This document shows, one piece after another, positions 1-11,375 of a DNA stretch of 36,208 nt (positions are counted from its first letter, which is position 1; each line of letters starts with the position of its first letter). Source of the stretch: Spongospora subterranea f. sp. subterranea (taxonomy: Eukaryota). Location: the NCBI GenBank assembly GCA_049724395.1, contig JAUGWO010000144.1, positions 62,001 to 98,208 on the forward strand, in the 5' to 3' direction. The translations under genes were made by a program, and so were the position numbers. Below the pieces are notes generated by a model, which saw nothing but the letters and a program-made list of their open reading frames with translations, had not been told where the DNA came from and did not search any database.

Positions 1-189
1 GTTCTACGATAGTTTTCGCGTCTGACTATCTCCATAGTCTCCTTAAAACTGGAATACCATCGAAACTGTTATTGCTCTGCCCCATTCTTCATAACTCTTC
101 TTCTGCTTCGCTCATTTCCAACGCCATCCTCCCTTCTTTCATTAACCCTCTCTGCTTTCTACAATGACAAACTTTCAACTTCTCATCAG

Positions 190-443
190 TGAATCGTACG
201 GCCGGGATCGTGATCATGACCGGTATGGAGGCGGGCGCAGAGGCGGTGGTGGCCGTAGCGTGTATGTTCGCCTAGAATTTCTCGTTTTCTTTGCTTAAAA
301 ACATTTGTACAGGTCCCCTGCTCCTCGTCACAACAACCGCTACCGCAGCCGCAGCAGGTATGTTCTTTTCTATATTTCTCTAGCGATTGTTGAATTAAAT
401 ATTTTTAAGGTCTCGCGACCGATTTGGGCGTGACCGTCGTTAA
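190..443 (+). CDS. 3' exons of an Arg/Ser-rich (RS-domain) RNA-binding/splicing protein; 5' part not identified, probably upstream of the window
   Basis: Exons 190-261, 313-357 and 410-443 are joined by GTATG..AG introns of 51 and 52 nt. They translate to ESYGRDRDHDRYGGGRRGGGGRSVSPAPRHNNRYRSRSRSRDRFGRDRR*. Confidence 0.75.
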
Positions 444-645
444 AACGCTCATATGTGCTATTACGTGTTTTTCAAATAAAATTGAGCCCATCCCTTACTA
501 CTGTCACGTATCTTTCGGTTAGATTGAAGGTTTAGCAGTGCGACCTCTCTACAGTGCGGGACATCTAGTCTCGACAAACTTCCAAGGACTTTTTTGTATG
601 ACCGCTGGCACGGATTTCTTAACGGCCACACTATAATTAGCCGGG

Positions 646-721
646 TATTGGACATCGTTATCAAATAGATATCACCGAGACCTATTGGACATCGTTATCA
701 AATAGATATCACCGAGACCTA
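646..721. repeat. 37-bp tandem duplication inside the transposon
   Basis: TATTGGACATCGTTATCAAATAGATATCACCGAGACC x2 (646-682, 683-719), plus TA. Confidence 0.95.
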
Positions 722-966
722 CAATTTGACGATTTAAATTTTGTCAGATGACAGAAACTCAGTGCGGAGTTCACGTTTGAAAATTCACCTTTTTCAAAAT
801 TGGCCAGTGGTGAAAAGATATGCGTAAACAGGTGCGTACGCATATTTATCACGGCAGCAGTCACGCAACTTATAACTGCGTACGTCGCATCCTATAAAAT
901 GCGACAGTGCACCTTAAACATGCGAAGAGGAAATACAGTTGTACTAAAATTATCGGAAATTGATAA

Positions 967-2099
967 TCAACATTTTTTGCCATCTTTTTCCGCCCATTGT
1001 TTCTTCAAGTCTTCAATGACATCCGCTGGTATTCGACGATGTGACTTGTATTGTTTGCAAGCGAATACACACCTTTTTTCCGGGTCATCCATCTTCGAAC
1101 TGTTTTCAAAGAAACACCAGAAAACCCGTTGACAGTTAAATAGGAATCCAGCCGATCCTTGAATTGCACAGGATTTGTTCGACGGCGAGAATCAAGTACA
1201 TTGAGGCAGTCCTGTCTAACAAAGCTGATTTCAATGATGCGATCCTTTTTTGGATGGTTTCCGATACGAGAAAGAGAAAGTTCTCCTGTGCGCTTATAAG
1301 CAGCCGCAAGGTATCGAAGACGCCTGGCGCAATACTTGCCTAAACGAATTTTATCACATGACCAAACTTGAGGGAAATATAGCAAATACCTTTTCCGAAA
1401 AAAGTTCGTGCAATCGTCAAAGAATGTTTGATGTTTGCCGATGTTCCTATGAAAGTTTTCTGAAAATATCTCTCAATACCCCTAAGCCATAACACTTGAG
1501 TATCAGTGTTTGGGAGTCTTTTGAACTTGAAAATATCTTGGCGAATAGTTGCAATGATATCGTTGTCTTGGAAAGTTGATTGAGACTGATATACCGAAAA
1601 TGGTACTCCTTCACTACTTTCGGATTCGCGATATGTGGAATAAACAGTGTTATCGAGTATATCGGCTCCTGGGCAACCGATTGACTGTTGTGCTCGTTAT
1701 CATCGATATTTAGTCGACCTGCAGGTTTGAAGTACTCGAGAATCGAGTGATTCAAGGAAATATTCTTTCGCCGTTCAGCTTCTTTTCTGCGAACTGGACG
1801 TTCACTGATTCCTGTGTATCTCCTTCTTAAACAATTTGGCCCAATGGTCGAATAGCAGGTCGGTCCACTTCTTCATGCTCATTTCCCTTGTCTGTTTCAT
1901 CGCTTGTAGTTTCGGTCAAACTGCTTTGGCTGCTACCCTCACTCGCAGAGGTATGGGAATCTGAACTGCACACATCTTCCACGAGATGCATTGACTCATG
2001 TTCTTGGTTTGTTTCAGCAAGCAAGTTTCCTTGTCGTCGTCTTGCAGCCGCTGCAGCAGCTGTACGTTTCCGACTTCGTAAGCGGGGCATCACAAGCAA
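967..2099 (-). pseudogene. Transposase relic lacking the DDE core
   Basis: ARRLRYLAAAY..SRIGNH..VSLKTVRRWMTRKKGVY aligns with SRKIRRWASFF..HRQGCF..ISERTATRWLN..KKGLY of the ORF at 30-32 kb. At about 1065 it jumps to the C-tail FACKQYKSHRRIPADVIEDL (compare FAVKKYKRHRSLPKRMLEDL). Stops and frameshifts are present. Confidence 0.8.
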
Positions 2100-2585
2100 A
2101 CCGCTCTCCGCAGGAATGTTCGGTACTTAAACTCCGACGAAGTGGTTATAATCGTTTGGTGCACAAACTCTATATATACAGAAAGGGAATTTCATTCCCT
2201 ACTCAACAAGCTGTTTGACGGCTCAAAAACAGCAATATTGAGGGATTTCTATAAATAGCTTTTGATTTTTTAAAATTGGCCGGAGTGTACATATGGGGAA
2301 AGCAGCTCGTTAGATTCGTTTTTTCAAGGCGCATCTTTTTTGCTAACATAGTTTGGCCTCTACTCCACTTGAAAGGCCCATTCAAATTTGTCGAGACTAG
2401 ATGTCCCGCACTGTAGGATAATTGCAATTTTTTTTGTACAATTTTACCTTATCGGCTAACACATGGCGGGACAAAACCAAATCGAGAACCATATAATTTG
2501 TCTTATTCTGCTAATCCGCACTGAAACTGACCTCAACTGACATTGTCAAATTTCGAAGTCGTGTTAAAGTACCATAAAAATGCCT

Positions 2586-4725
2586 TTATTTATTAAGTTT
2601 GGTATTGATTATTGCTAACAAGTTCGGACTGTGATATAGCAAGTGCAAGCATTTCCACCGGAAACACATCCCGAATGTCTTTGATTAACTCAGAGTATCT
2701 GGATGAAAAAACGTACATTAGCACCGGCATTTGAACCATTGCAATTGGTTATTAGAGTTAACCTCTTAATGTAATCATCAACCATCTTCTCAGATTCGCT
2801 GCATTCGTCAAGAATAGTTTTGAGTTCGTTTCGCAGCCTAACGCTTTCCTCACGATTCGTAGTTAAACCACTTGCCTGGCTAGGGTGTATATGTAACTCG
2901 TTCTCCATTAGTGACGTCCATAAAGAACTCTGAACAACACGTAAAAAAAGTGTTTCATTATATACACAAGTGCAATCTTATATGCGAGGAAGAAGGAATT
3001 TCCGGAACAACAAAAACATTTCTCACAGTCGGTCCAAAAATGAAGATTAAAAGTATTAGAAGTAAATTATGAATCGTGGTTAAGAAAAATTTCCGTACCT
3101 TATCGGCATTGAACCCCCAAAGGGCGAACTGCGACTGTGATCCAGGCAATAATATTGATTTAACCATGGAAATTTGCTGAAGACTTTGGGACTTCCTGAA
3201 CTCATTTTTGAGCCCGCGGAATCATAAAAACAATTGGGACGCTTACACATTCAAGTCTGTTTCAAACCAATCATCAAGCGCCGACAGCAGAGATGGGTCC
3301 CCAGGATTTCGAGCGAAATTGCGAATCTCCTCAAAAGTTTTTGTTTCTGTGGATACACGATTATTAGACCTGAATACAGTGATACTGCTAACTCACCGTC
3401 ATTTGGGAGCAGATCTTTTTTGATTTCTAGCTCAGATATTTGAACGGCTAAACTTTTGTATTGATTGCTTTAACGCGTCAACGTACACCTACATTTATAT
3501 GATCAAGGACCGCCATGATATAAAACTGAATGCACCTTCTTTCTGTCACGAGATGCTCTCGCCTGGCCAGCTTTTCTAGTTGACGACGATGATGAAGATG
3601 GCTGTTGAGCAGGAATTTGAAATTGCTAAATTTGAATCAGAAATAATGCTATGGATCAAGTATATATAAATTAACCTTGTTTGAATCATGGCTGGTAATA
3701 TCATCGTAATGATATGGCACAGAGCGATTCGTCCTCAACGGAGGACTCAATACTTTATTATAGCTGGATGATTCGGGTCAGAGATGCATTGTCAACGATA
3801 AATAAACAGACCTACGCTTGCAATGGATCACTTATCTCTGACATCAACAGATTCGGCGTCGGATTCCTGAGGTCGTAAAAAATGCTAAGAGAGAAGCTAC
3901 CGACGAAAGCAAAATTAATTACCCATCGAGTTTATATTGCTGCAAATAATGGACCAAGACTATGTGTGGACGGTTTAACATCCTAGATTACGTAAACCGG
4001 TTAATGAAGCACATTATCAACTCAGCGATGAGCTGAATACTAACCAATAGCCCCGACGATGAAACCCATCCCACGTCTCATGATGAGCATAACAGCAATT
4101 GATGACATCAACGCCGGCGACTTTGAGCTTTTCATGATGCTCCTAAAACCGATGATTAATCCGTAGCCAATTAATTGGAAAGCGACAAAAACGACTTTGA
4201 TATTTTTGCCATCTGGCTTTTTCTTCCATTCATGGCCATCTTGGCGCCATCTCCGTACCTAAATTATAACGCCATTTTAGATTAGAATATATATAGCAAC
4301 AGTAGGGTTATCGGATCCCGATAAACCTGCAAAAAAGGGAAGCAATGCTGACCTGGTTCTTATTGAATATCATGACGTTGCCACTAACAGGCGGTGATTG
4401 AGATGGGATCGGTAAACATTTAAACCCGTAACGCTGATAATTTTCCAGTAAATCCACCAATTCACTGTTGCGAAACCAGCGTTGGGCAGAAGTCGACCTG
4501 AGAAACATTGAATATGCTGATTCTGTCAGACTGATTTTTGAGGAAATGCTTCAATATGTTGATCTGTCAGACTAATTTTTGAGGAAATAACTTCTTCACC
4601 ATGTGACAACATATGGCTTTGACGTTATACCTGATGATATCAATAGTAGACACTGCAAAGGGTGGCAGGCTTATAGCAGGTGATGCCACACCAGGCATGG
4701 AAGGTGACACAATGTTGTTTGCCAT
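2586..4725 (-). CDS. CG-1 DNA-binding domain protein (CAMTA-like), multi-exon; both ends approximate
   Basis: Spliced exons give DIIRSTSAQRWFRNSELVDLL..VRRWRQDGHEWKKKPDGKNIK|EHHEKLKVAGVDVINCCYAHHETWDGFHRRGYWL, matching the CG-1 signature (RW..FRKDGHNWRKKKDGK..EAHEKLK..CYYAH..RRxYWL). The first intron is 4498-4630. Confidence 0.8.
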
Positions 4726-5031
4726 ATAATCTTTTTCACTTCGAAGGTGTCAAAGCATTCTCAGGATGCTGATCCGATGAGGGGGCGGATGATGTATTAG
4801 ATCATCGTGTCATATCGTTTTCCCGAAAGCGAGCAATAATAATTATGGCCCATTTCACTGCAGACGATGAGTGCCACTGACTACACACACAGCTGCTGTC
4901 TGCGTTGCGCCACCTTCTCATAGGTACTCTGCAGTCACGCAATAAATGATCCACTGTCAACATTCGCTGACGAGCACTGTCAATGGAGCAAGTGATCGGT
5001 AACAATTGCGCCACTGACATGACAGTCAGGT

Positions 5032-5440
5032 CCATGATATTTATGGGTTCCATGATTTTGGTGTGTACAAATCAAACACACAACAATGCGAGATTAATCT
5101 TAGATTAATCAACACACCCCAATTGGATTAATCAGCTCACACCAAAATCAGGAAACACACACCAAAATCAGGAAAATACACACCAAAATCAGGAAACACA
5201 CACCAAAATCAGGAAAATACACACCAAAATCAGGAAACACACACCAAAATCAGGAAAATACACACCAAAATCAGGAAACACACACCAAAATCAGGAAAAT
5301 ACACACCAAAATCAGGAAACACACACCAAAATCAGGAAAATACACACCAAAATCAGGAAACACACACCAAAATCAGGAAAATACACACCAAGCTTATTGC
5401 CATAAGTCACACCAAGATCATGAGCATAATATTCTCATGG
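5032..5440. mobile_element. MITE-like element with imperfect TIRs and an internal minisatellite
   Basis: Left end CCATGATATTTATGGGTTCCATGATTTTGGTGTG versus the reverse complement of the right end CCATGAGAATATTATGCTCATGATCTTGGTGTG. No clear TSD. Confidence 0.5.
5138..5391. repeat. Minisatellite: six perfect 41-bp dimers of alternating 20/21-bp monomers
   Basis: (CACACCAAAATCAGGAAACA CACACCAAAATCAGGAAAATA)x6 followed by CACACCAA. Confidence 0.95.
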
Positions 5441-5564
5441 GTATTCCTTTATACTACTCCTACTAGGTAGTGCGTCATTATGAATGCCAATGCTAATCCG
5501 TTGGAGAGCCTGATATTCCATGTTTATCGAGCCTTACTGCGAATGGTGGAGGATCCAAAAGATG

Positions 5565-8500
5565 TCAATGTGCACTGATCGAAGCCAAGACTGACTACAA
5601 CTATTGGCCATTTGCAGTACAGTACTCTACGTACACGCTGAACCGACTACAAAAACCAGGCGGCGAATCCAATGGAAAACCCCATTTGTATTATGGATAT
5701 GAATGTCAAGCCAAATGTTAAGCACTTGAGACCATTCGGGTTTACGGCATATGCACATATTGAGTCCACAATGAGAGATTCACTTCATTCAACATCATCA
5801 AAATGTAAGTTCTTAGGTTATGCACCATATCAAAAGGGATACATACATAGACCGTCGAACAGCACTTCAAGACGAGACGTGCAATTCGACGAAGAGGCTA
5901 TTTTGGAATTACATCAAGAGGGGTTTGGTCTAAAGGAAGATTCAGATCCACTGGCAATCATTGACGATCACGAATTCAAACTCCATCACAATCTGACACA
6001 ATTTCCGAGAACGTACAAGGAGGCAAAGACGTGTCCAGACGCTCATCAATGGCATATAGCCGCAGAGAAAGAAATGGCATCGCACAAAGAGAACAATACT
6101 TGGACTCGTCGACTGCCCACGAAAGGTGAAAAACGACAAAAGCCGATGGATATTGACCCAGAAAACGCCAAAGATGCTACACTCACATACAAAGCCCGAT
6201 TCGTTGCAAAAGGCTATTCCCAGAATTATGGAATCGAACATCGCTTCGCTTCTGGAAACTACACCAGAAGGACTTTACAACCGCGTACTTGAACGCAGCC
6301 TTTCTCACACCTATTTACATTGAACAACCGGAAGGGTTCGTCGAGCAGGGTGGCGGTACCATGACCTAGGACAAGGTTTGTTTACTCGCCAAAGCCCTCT
6401 ACGGTTTGAAACAAGCTGGACGTGCTTGGCAAAACACATTAATCTGACGTCATTGGCTTCGCAAAGCTACAAGCAATCGATGAAGGAACCATGCATTTGG
6501 TTTCAATGTCACAACAACCAACTCACCATGATAGGCATCTACGTCGACGACATACCCATCACTGGGACAACGAACTTGAATTCGAACGCATTTCCACAAA
6601 ACTTAGCAACAACTTCAAACTGAAGACCCGATAGAAATTGGCTTCCAAGACATGAAGATACCTCAAACTACGTTTTAATGACTATCTTGGACGATATCTC
6701 AGTCACCTACGCTACCAAACAATTTAAAGATCGAGCCCTAGCAATTTGCTTTGATTTGCACAGCTTGATCAGGATAACTGATTTGCATATCCTTCAGTGG
6801 TTTCTCGAGATATGAAATGTCTGGAGAAAGGATCGACGTGCGCGATAATTCAGTGATTGTTGAAAGTTTTGTGTCGATACCTGATTCCGGATTGGCTACT
6901 GAGTTCCAAAGGGTTCTTCGGTCTACGGAAGCAGGAAATGAACTTTAATTTCATCACTTGCGTGTCTGGAAGTTCATTAAGAGAGTGAATAAATTGCTTC
7001 AGCGTTCTTGTGAGGATTGAGTCGTAGTAAGGCATAATGAAAGGTAGCAGTTAGTCTTTAGCAATTTGCTTTGATTTGCAGCTTGATCAGGATAATTGAT
7101 TTGCATAGCCATCAGTGGTTTCTCGAGCTATGAAATGTCTTGAGAAAGGATCGACGTGCGAGATGATTCAGTGATTGCTGAAAGTCTTGTGTCGATACCT
7201 GATCTTTTAAAACCAATAGCGGCTTGATGCTTAACCGATTGCAAGATGAAGTTTACTATCGGTTTGTCTCTGAACCTAGCCAACTCTTCTACAAATGTAA
7301 AACACAGCCTGAGGACTCAACTCCGTTTAAAGATCGTCGCTGCAGATAAGAACACTGGCCTAGTCGTTGTTGATAGTGTATTGTGTTGGATACCTATCAA
7401 GAATTGTAGTCAGAAGGATGGACCATTTAGTGGTGATCCAGGCTGGTGCCTCAATAATCGGTCTACTTGTTGTGCCCGGTTTGTGCAACTTGGGAAGGAC
7501 ATGAAATTTAGGAAGTCTGTCGAGAGGAACGTCTTCAAGATATTTATCCATCTGTTTAGTGCATTACTTGGCAAATTCGTCTTTGTGTTCGAAGAATTCT
7601 TCTTTCAAAAACTGGATAAGGATGTTCCACAGGTTAGTGCAGATGGGTTCATAAACGTCGTTGTTATTCAAATGAGCAAGTACTAGCTTATTGTAGTCGG
7701 AAATGTCCATTGCGACTAGGCCAGTGTTCTTATCTGCAGCGACGACCTTTAAACGGAGTTGATTCCTCAGGCTTTGACATTTGTAGAAGAGTTGGCATCC
7801 ACTAAACAGATGGATAAAGAGGCACCAGCCTGGATCACCACTAAATGGTCCATCCCTTCTGACTACAATTCTTGATAAGTATCCAACACAATACACTATA
7901 AAGAACACCAATTGGGAAATCCTGTTGAATATAGGGTATTTAGTGTTTGTAAGAGAAGGATTTAGGGTACCAATTAAGAACCAGTTCTTTTGTGAAAGAG
8001 GGTACAGTCTGTAAGATGATGGACTCAGTTCTATTGGAGAACTGCAGGAATTTCTTAGGAATCGAAGTCAGTTATACAGACAATGGCATAGTGCTGAACC
8101 AGCGCAAATATGCTGAACAAGTCGCAAAACAATTTGGCCAAGAGAATTGCAAGCCAACGATAACCCCAATGTCCAAATGCTAGGAACACGATGACAAATA
8201 TGAGATTCGACATGATGATCCTGTACGACAAGCGATTGGCTGTCTCATGTACTTGGCGAATGCAACACGCCTCGATATTGCCTTTGCAGTCAACAATGTC
8301 AGCCGATACGTCACCAACCCGACCAAGGAATTATGGACAGCGATACAGCGCATTGTGAAGTATTTTGAGACGACATCACAAGTTGGATAACATTATACGA
8401 AAGGCACTTTCACAATCAATGGCTGGGCTGACAGTGATTTCGCAAACGACACCGAAGGTCGTAAATCTACAACTGGCTGGATTTTCAAAATCGACACAAG

Positions 8501-9010
8501 CACGATATCGTGGAAGAGCAAGAAGCAACACGTCAGTCTCTTTATCTACAATAGAGGCGGAATATATGTCTGCATCAGACGCTACGAAAGAGGCGATATG
8601 GCTTCAAGACCTACTGGAAGAACTTAATTCAGACGAAAACTACAGCTCTACACCAAGATAATTAAGGCGCCATATTCCTGGAAAAGAATAAGACAAACAA
8701 ACCGCGAACCAAGCATATCGACATAAGACACCATTTTATTCGCGAGCAAACCGAGAAAGGTCGCCGTCTCGGCCAGAAAGGCCTCGCGGTCGCGTTCCAA
8801 GGACGTCAGGCGCTCAACGACAATGGCGATCGATATACGCTATTGCCCGACAAGCAACATGATTGCTGACCTGCTCACGAAGCCACTGCCCGACCAGGGC
8901 ATTTCGGCGACACCGACTCTCAGTCAAAAATATGGGATGTGTTAACGGATGGGGAATGTTGACATGTGCTACACACAATTAAGTGATCAGAGGTAGATTG
9001 GTGAAACACA
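5565..9010 (+). mobile_element. Degenerate Ty1/Copia LTR retrotransposon (integrase end, RT, RNase H, PPT, start of 3' LTR), interrupted at about 6629-8031
   Basis: Motifs YWPFAVQYSTYTLNRL, HLRPFGFTAYAH, CKFLGY, YKARFVAKGYSQ, KALYGLKQAGR, IYVDD, FLGIEV, ADSDFA, LSTIEAEY, RTKHIDIRHHFIRE and ADLLTKPL. Purine tract GGATGGGGAA (8947-8956) followed by TGTTG at 8957. Many frameshifts. Confidence 0.9.
6629..8031. mobile_element. Rearranged Penelope-like retroelement (PLE) fragments inserted in the Copia RT
   Basis: Minus-strand KVVAADKNTGLVAMDISDY..L..NDVY and PKFHVLPKLHKPGTTSRPII (PLE RT N-terminal motifs), and MPYY..CFRRPKNPL (thumb-end like). Internal direct and inverted duplications. The Copia RT reads NFKLK|..NCRNFLGIE across the insert. 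Confidence 0.75.
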
Positions 9011-9039
9011 CCAGTTACACAACTGATTTATAAACGAAT

Positions 9040-11074
9040 TTCCTGTCATGACGTGCGACTTTTCAGACGCCGAACGTATGGGCTTTGAACTTGCTCTGAT
9101 TTTCTCAATTCCAGAAATTCAACCGGTCGAACTGGTTCTGCGTCGATCATTTCAAAAAAACCGCATACAGAATACATCCTGCGAAGCAATCATTGTATAA
9201 TCAAGTTCTTCAGCTCCTGGTAAACCAACCACTATCTGAGTTTCAGAGGCTAATGTAAAAGAACTCGAAGAAGAATATCCAAAACCTCTGAGGTGGCTTG
9301 AGTGGCACTTAGATTCAAAACGTACCACACACATATTTCCTGCAATGTCAGAAAACTTGAATTTCGGCTCTATGAGAAAGGACACAATGCCAAGGAGTCT
9401 TTAGGTTGAGATTTCCAAAGATTCGCACCATCTAGAAAGTTAACCATTGCACAATGTGTCGAGTGGTCGTATCAAAACGCTCCTCAGTTACAGGATGATT
9501 CCAAACTGGCGGAAGCTGGAATGCGACTAAGATATGTCAATCCCAGGACGTGGAATCACAAGTTTCACAACGATGGAAGACCACCAGATACAACTTCCAC
9601 ACTTATCAAAACCCAAAAGTCTACTGGCCGACCAAAAGGCAGCAAGAACAAAGTTCCAAAGTTGGGAAAGGACCTTAGTTGGGCGGCATTTGCCATACCG
9701 TGCTCTTTTACATATCGCGAAATGACAGATACAAATACTTGTCCATTGGACACATCTCGAATGCTTTTGCACTTTATGCACAAATTCCAGCTGGTCGAGG
9801 TCCCTGAGCAAGAAATTTTGTTGAAATCATGGTTCAGATCCATTCAAGATGGAGAATACGGCAAAGCCAGGTATGATTGGCTGCGTTCAACTAGTTGTTC
9901 TATCGGCAATTGCCTCAACATCTACGGGTCAATAGAAGGATAAACCTGTCCCAAGACATCATTCGCCCGCCGAATCCGACGGAAAGAGATTCATATTGCC
10001 GACAATCGTGTTCCGGTACAAACCGTAATTGATCGATTCCTCGACCATCCCATTAATGGTAGACATCAGCAACGCATAGCAAGCGAAACGGTGTCTAGCG
10101 TGCCTGAGACAGATCGACGACAACGAGACGAATGGATCGACCCCTCTGGTCAAGATGCTCAATCAGAACCTGTTTGGGAGTGCAGGGGCGAAATATTAGT
10201 TCATCGCAATACGATAGAAACAGCTCCACTAATACTGGACGTTCAATGCGCCTTGGGTGCTTACAATATTATGGATGTGCCTAACGTTCTGTGACAAAGA
10301 ATATTTTCAAATAACTCACATTTTTGTGGAGCAATTTTTCTTGACAATTGCGCCCTGCATTATGATGGCTTGAAAACGACCAAACTGGGGTGGGGTCAAC
10401 TAGATTTCCAACCTAAAGGATTCCATGTTTCCAGATGCTGGTACGTTAACAGCGACCCAGGAAGACTTGCAATGAAAACTGTTGAAGAGCGTCTTCAACA
10501 CGACGCTGGTGATACTGAGTCTGACAACACCATGAAGGTTCTGAAAGGATTTCTTGATGTCAGGCGACGATGATGTTGACCCATCCAGATTGTTACCCAA
10601 CCAAATAATCGAGCTTGACAGCGATCATGATCATTGTTTGCTCGTACTAAAGCACCAGGATCTTCCCCCAGATACGTGATGCAGATCCCATGCTCTTGGA
10701 CGATTGACATGGCTGCTCTTCCGATAAAAAAGCCTGAAATTGTAAAAGACAATATCGCATCGGGACTCAAGAATAATAGAGACTTGACATTTGAAAGGAG
10801 CCGACATCAATATCCCAAAGGACTTTCCAATTCACAGCGTTTTGGCAAAAGGAATTACACCATCGTGCGTCGCATGCAATACCAGGTTCACCCGCGGTCA
10901 AAAGAGACTTGTTGCCAACCGCATTATCAACGCTACGCAAAGAACTGGTCCCAATGCAGTTCAGTTCATTTGACGGAAATATGCCTCTCCAAGTCTTTAA
11001 TCCAGGATGAGCGGAAAGAGGTATTTAGCTGGTTTGTTGCAAAAAGAGCCGGAAATGTGAGACCCGATCCCTAA
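9040..11074 (+). mobile_element. Degenerate Mutator-like (MULE-type) transposase with a C-terminal USP-like peptidase and a Zn finger; 5' truncated
   Basis: VMTCDFSDAERMGF (second D), FCVDHFKK (CxxH), WLEWHL, and a frameshifted KDT-N-xxES (E). Downstream NTCPLDT..HFCGAIF..HYDG and CVAC..H..C. Confidence 0.6.
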
Positions 11075-11317
11075 TAAATAAAAATCATTCTCAAATCGTC
11101 AATGTGAACGCCACAGCCACAAACGAAAATCTACTTCTTTCCTCTCGTCGTTGGTCAAAGCCTTGGAGAGACATATATCCGTTAAGTTAATTGGACTGCA
11201 TTGGACCAAATTTTTTTGCTTACGTTGGTGATGCAATTGGCAAAAAGTAGGTTTTGTTCATTAAAAAGTAAATCTGCCTGCGACCTTGGAAAAACGATAA
11301 TCCGTATGATTATTACA

Positions 11318-11375
11318 CCCATGCGAAAGCTTGGTGGGTGATTTCCTGATTTTTGTGTGTGTGATTGGTGTGTAC
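11318..11375. repeat. Inverted, diverged copy of the MITE terminus and subterminal motif
   Basis: CCCATGCGAAAGCTTGGTGGGTGATTTCCTGATTTTTGTGTG resembles the reverse complement of 5370-5441 (CCCATGAGAA..AAGCTTGGTGTGTATTTTCCTGATTTTGGTGTG). Confidence 0.55.

Larger units (their letters stand above)
552..2413 (-). mobile_element. Non-autonomous IS630-Tc1-mariner DNA transposon (internal deletion derivative)
   Basis: Perfect 27-bp TIRs CAGTGCGGGACATCTAGTCTCGACAAA at 552-578 and 2387-2413. TA target duplication at 550-551 and 2414-2415. Transposase remnant inside. Confidence 0.92.

Noticed and set aside
172..192. CTGATGA..GAAA on the minus strand resembling a hammerhead ribozyme core
   Set aside because: No flanking stems, and it coincides with a splice acceptor.
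4511..4588. Imperfect tandem duplication of about 41 bp that seemed to frameshift the CG-1 gene
   Set aside because: It lies within the predicted intron 4498-4630, and splicing restores the frame.
5138..5391. Possible CRISPR array or telomeric repeat
   Set aside because: No unique spacers, eukaryotic context, and the unit is not telomere-like.
7930..7970. TTTAGGG-like words beside the PLE fragments, suggesting telomere-associated insertion
   Set aside because: Only one exact unit, which is expected by chance.
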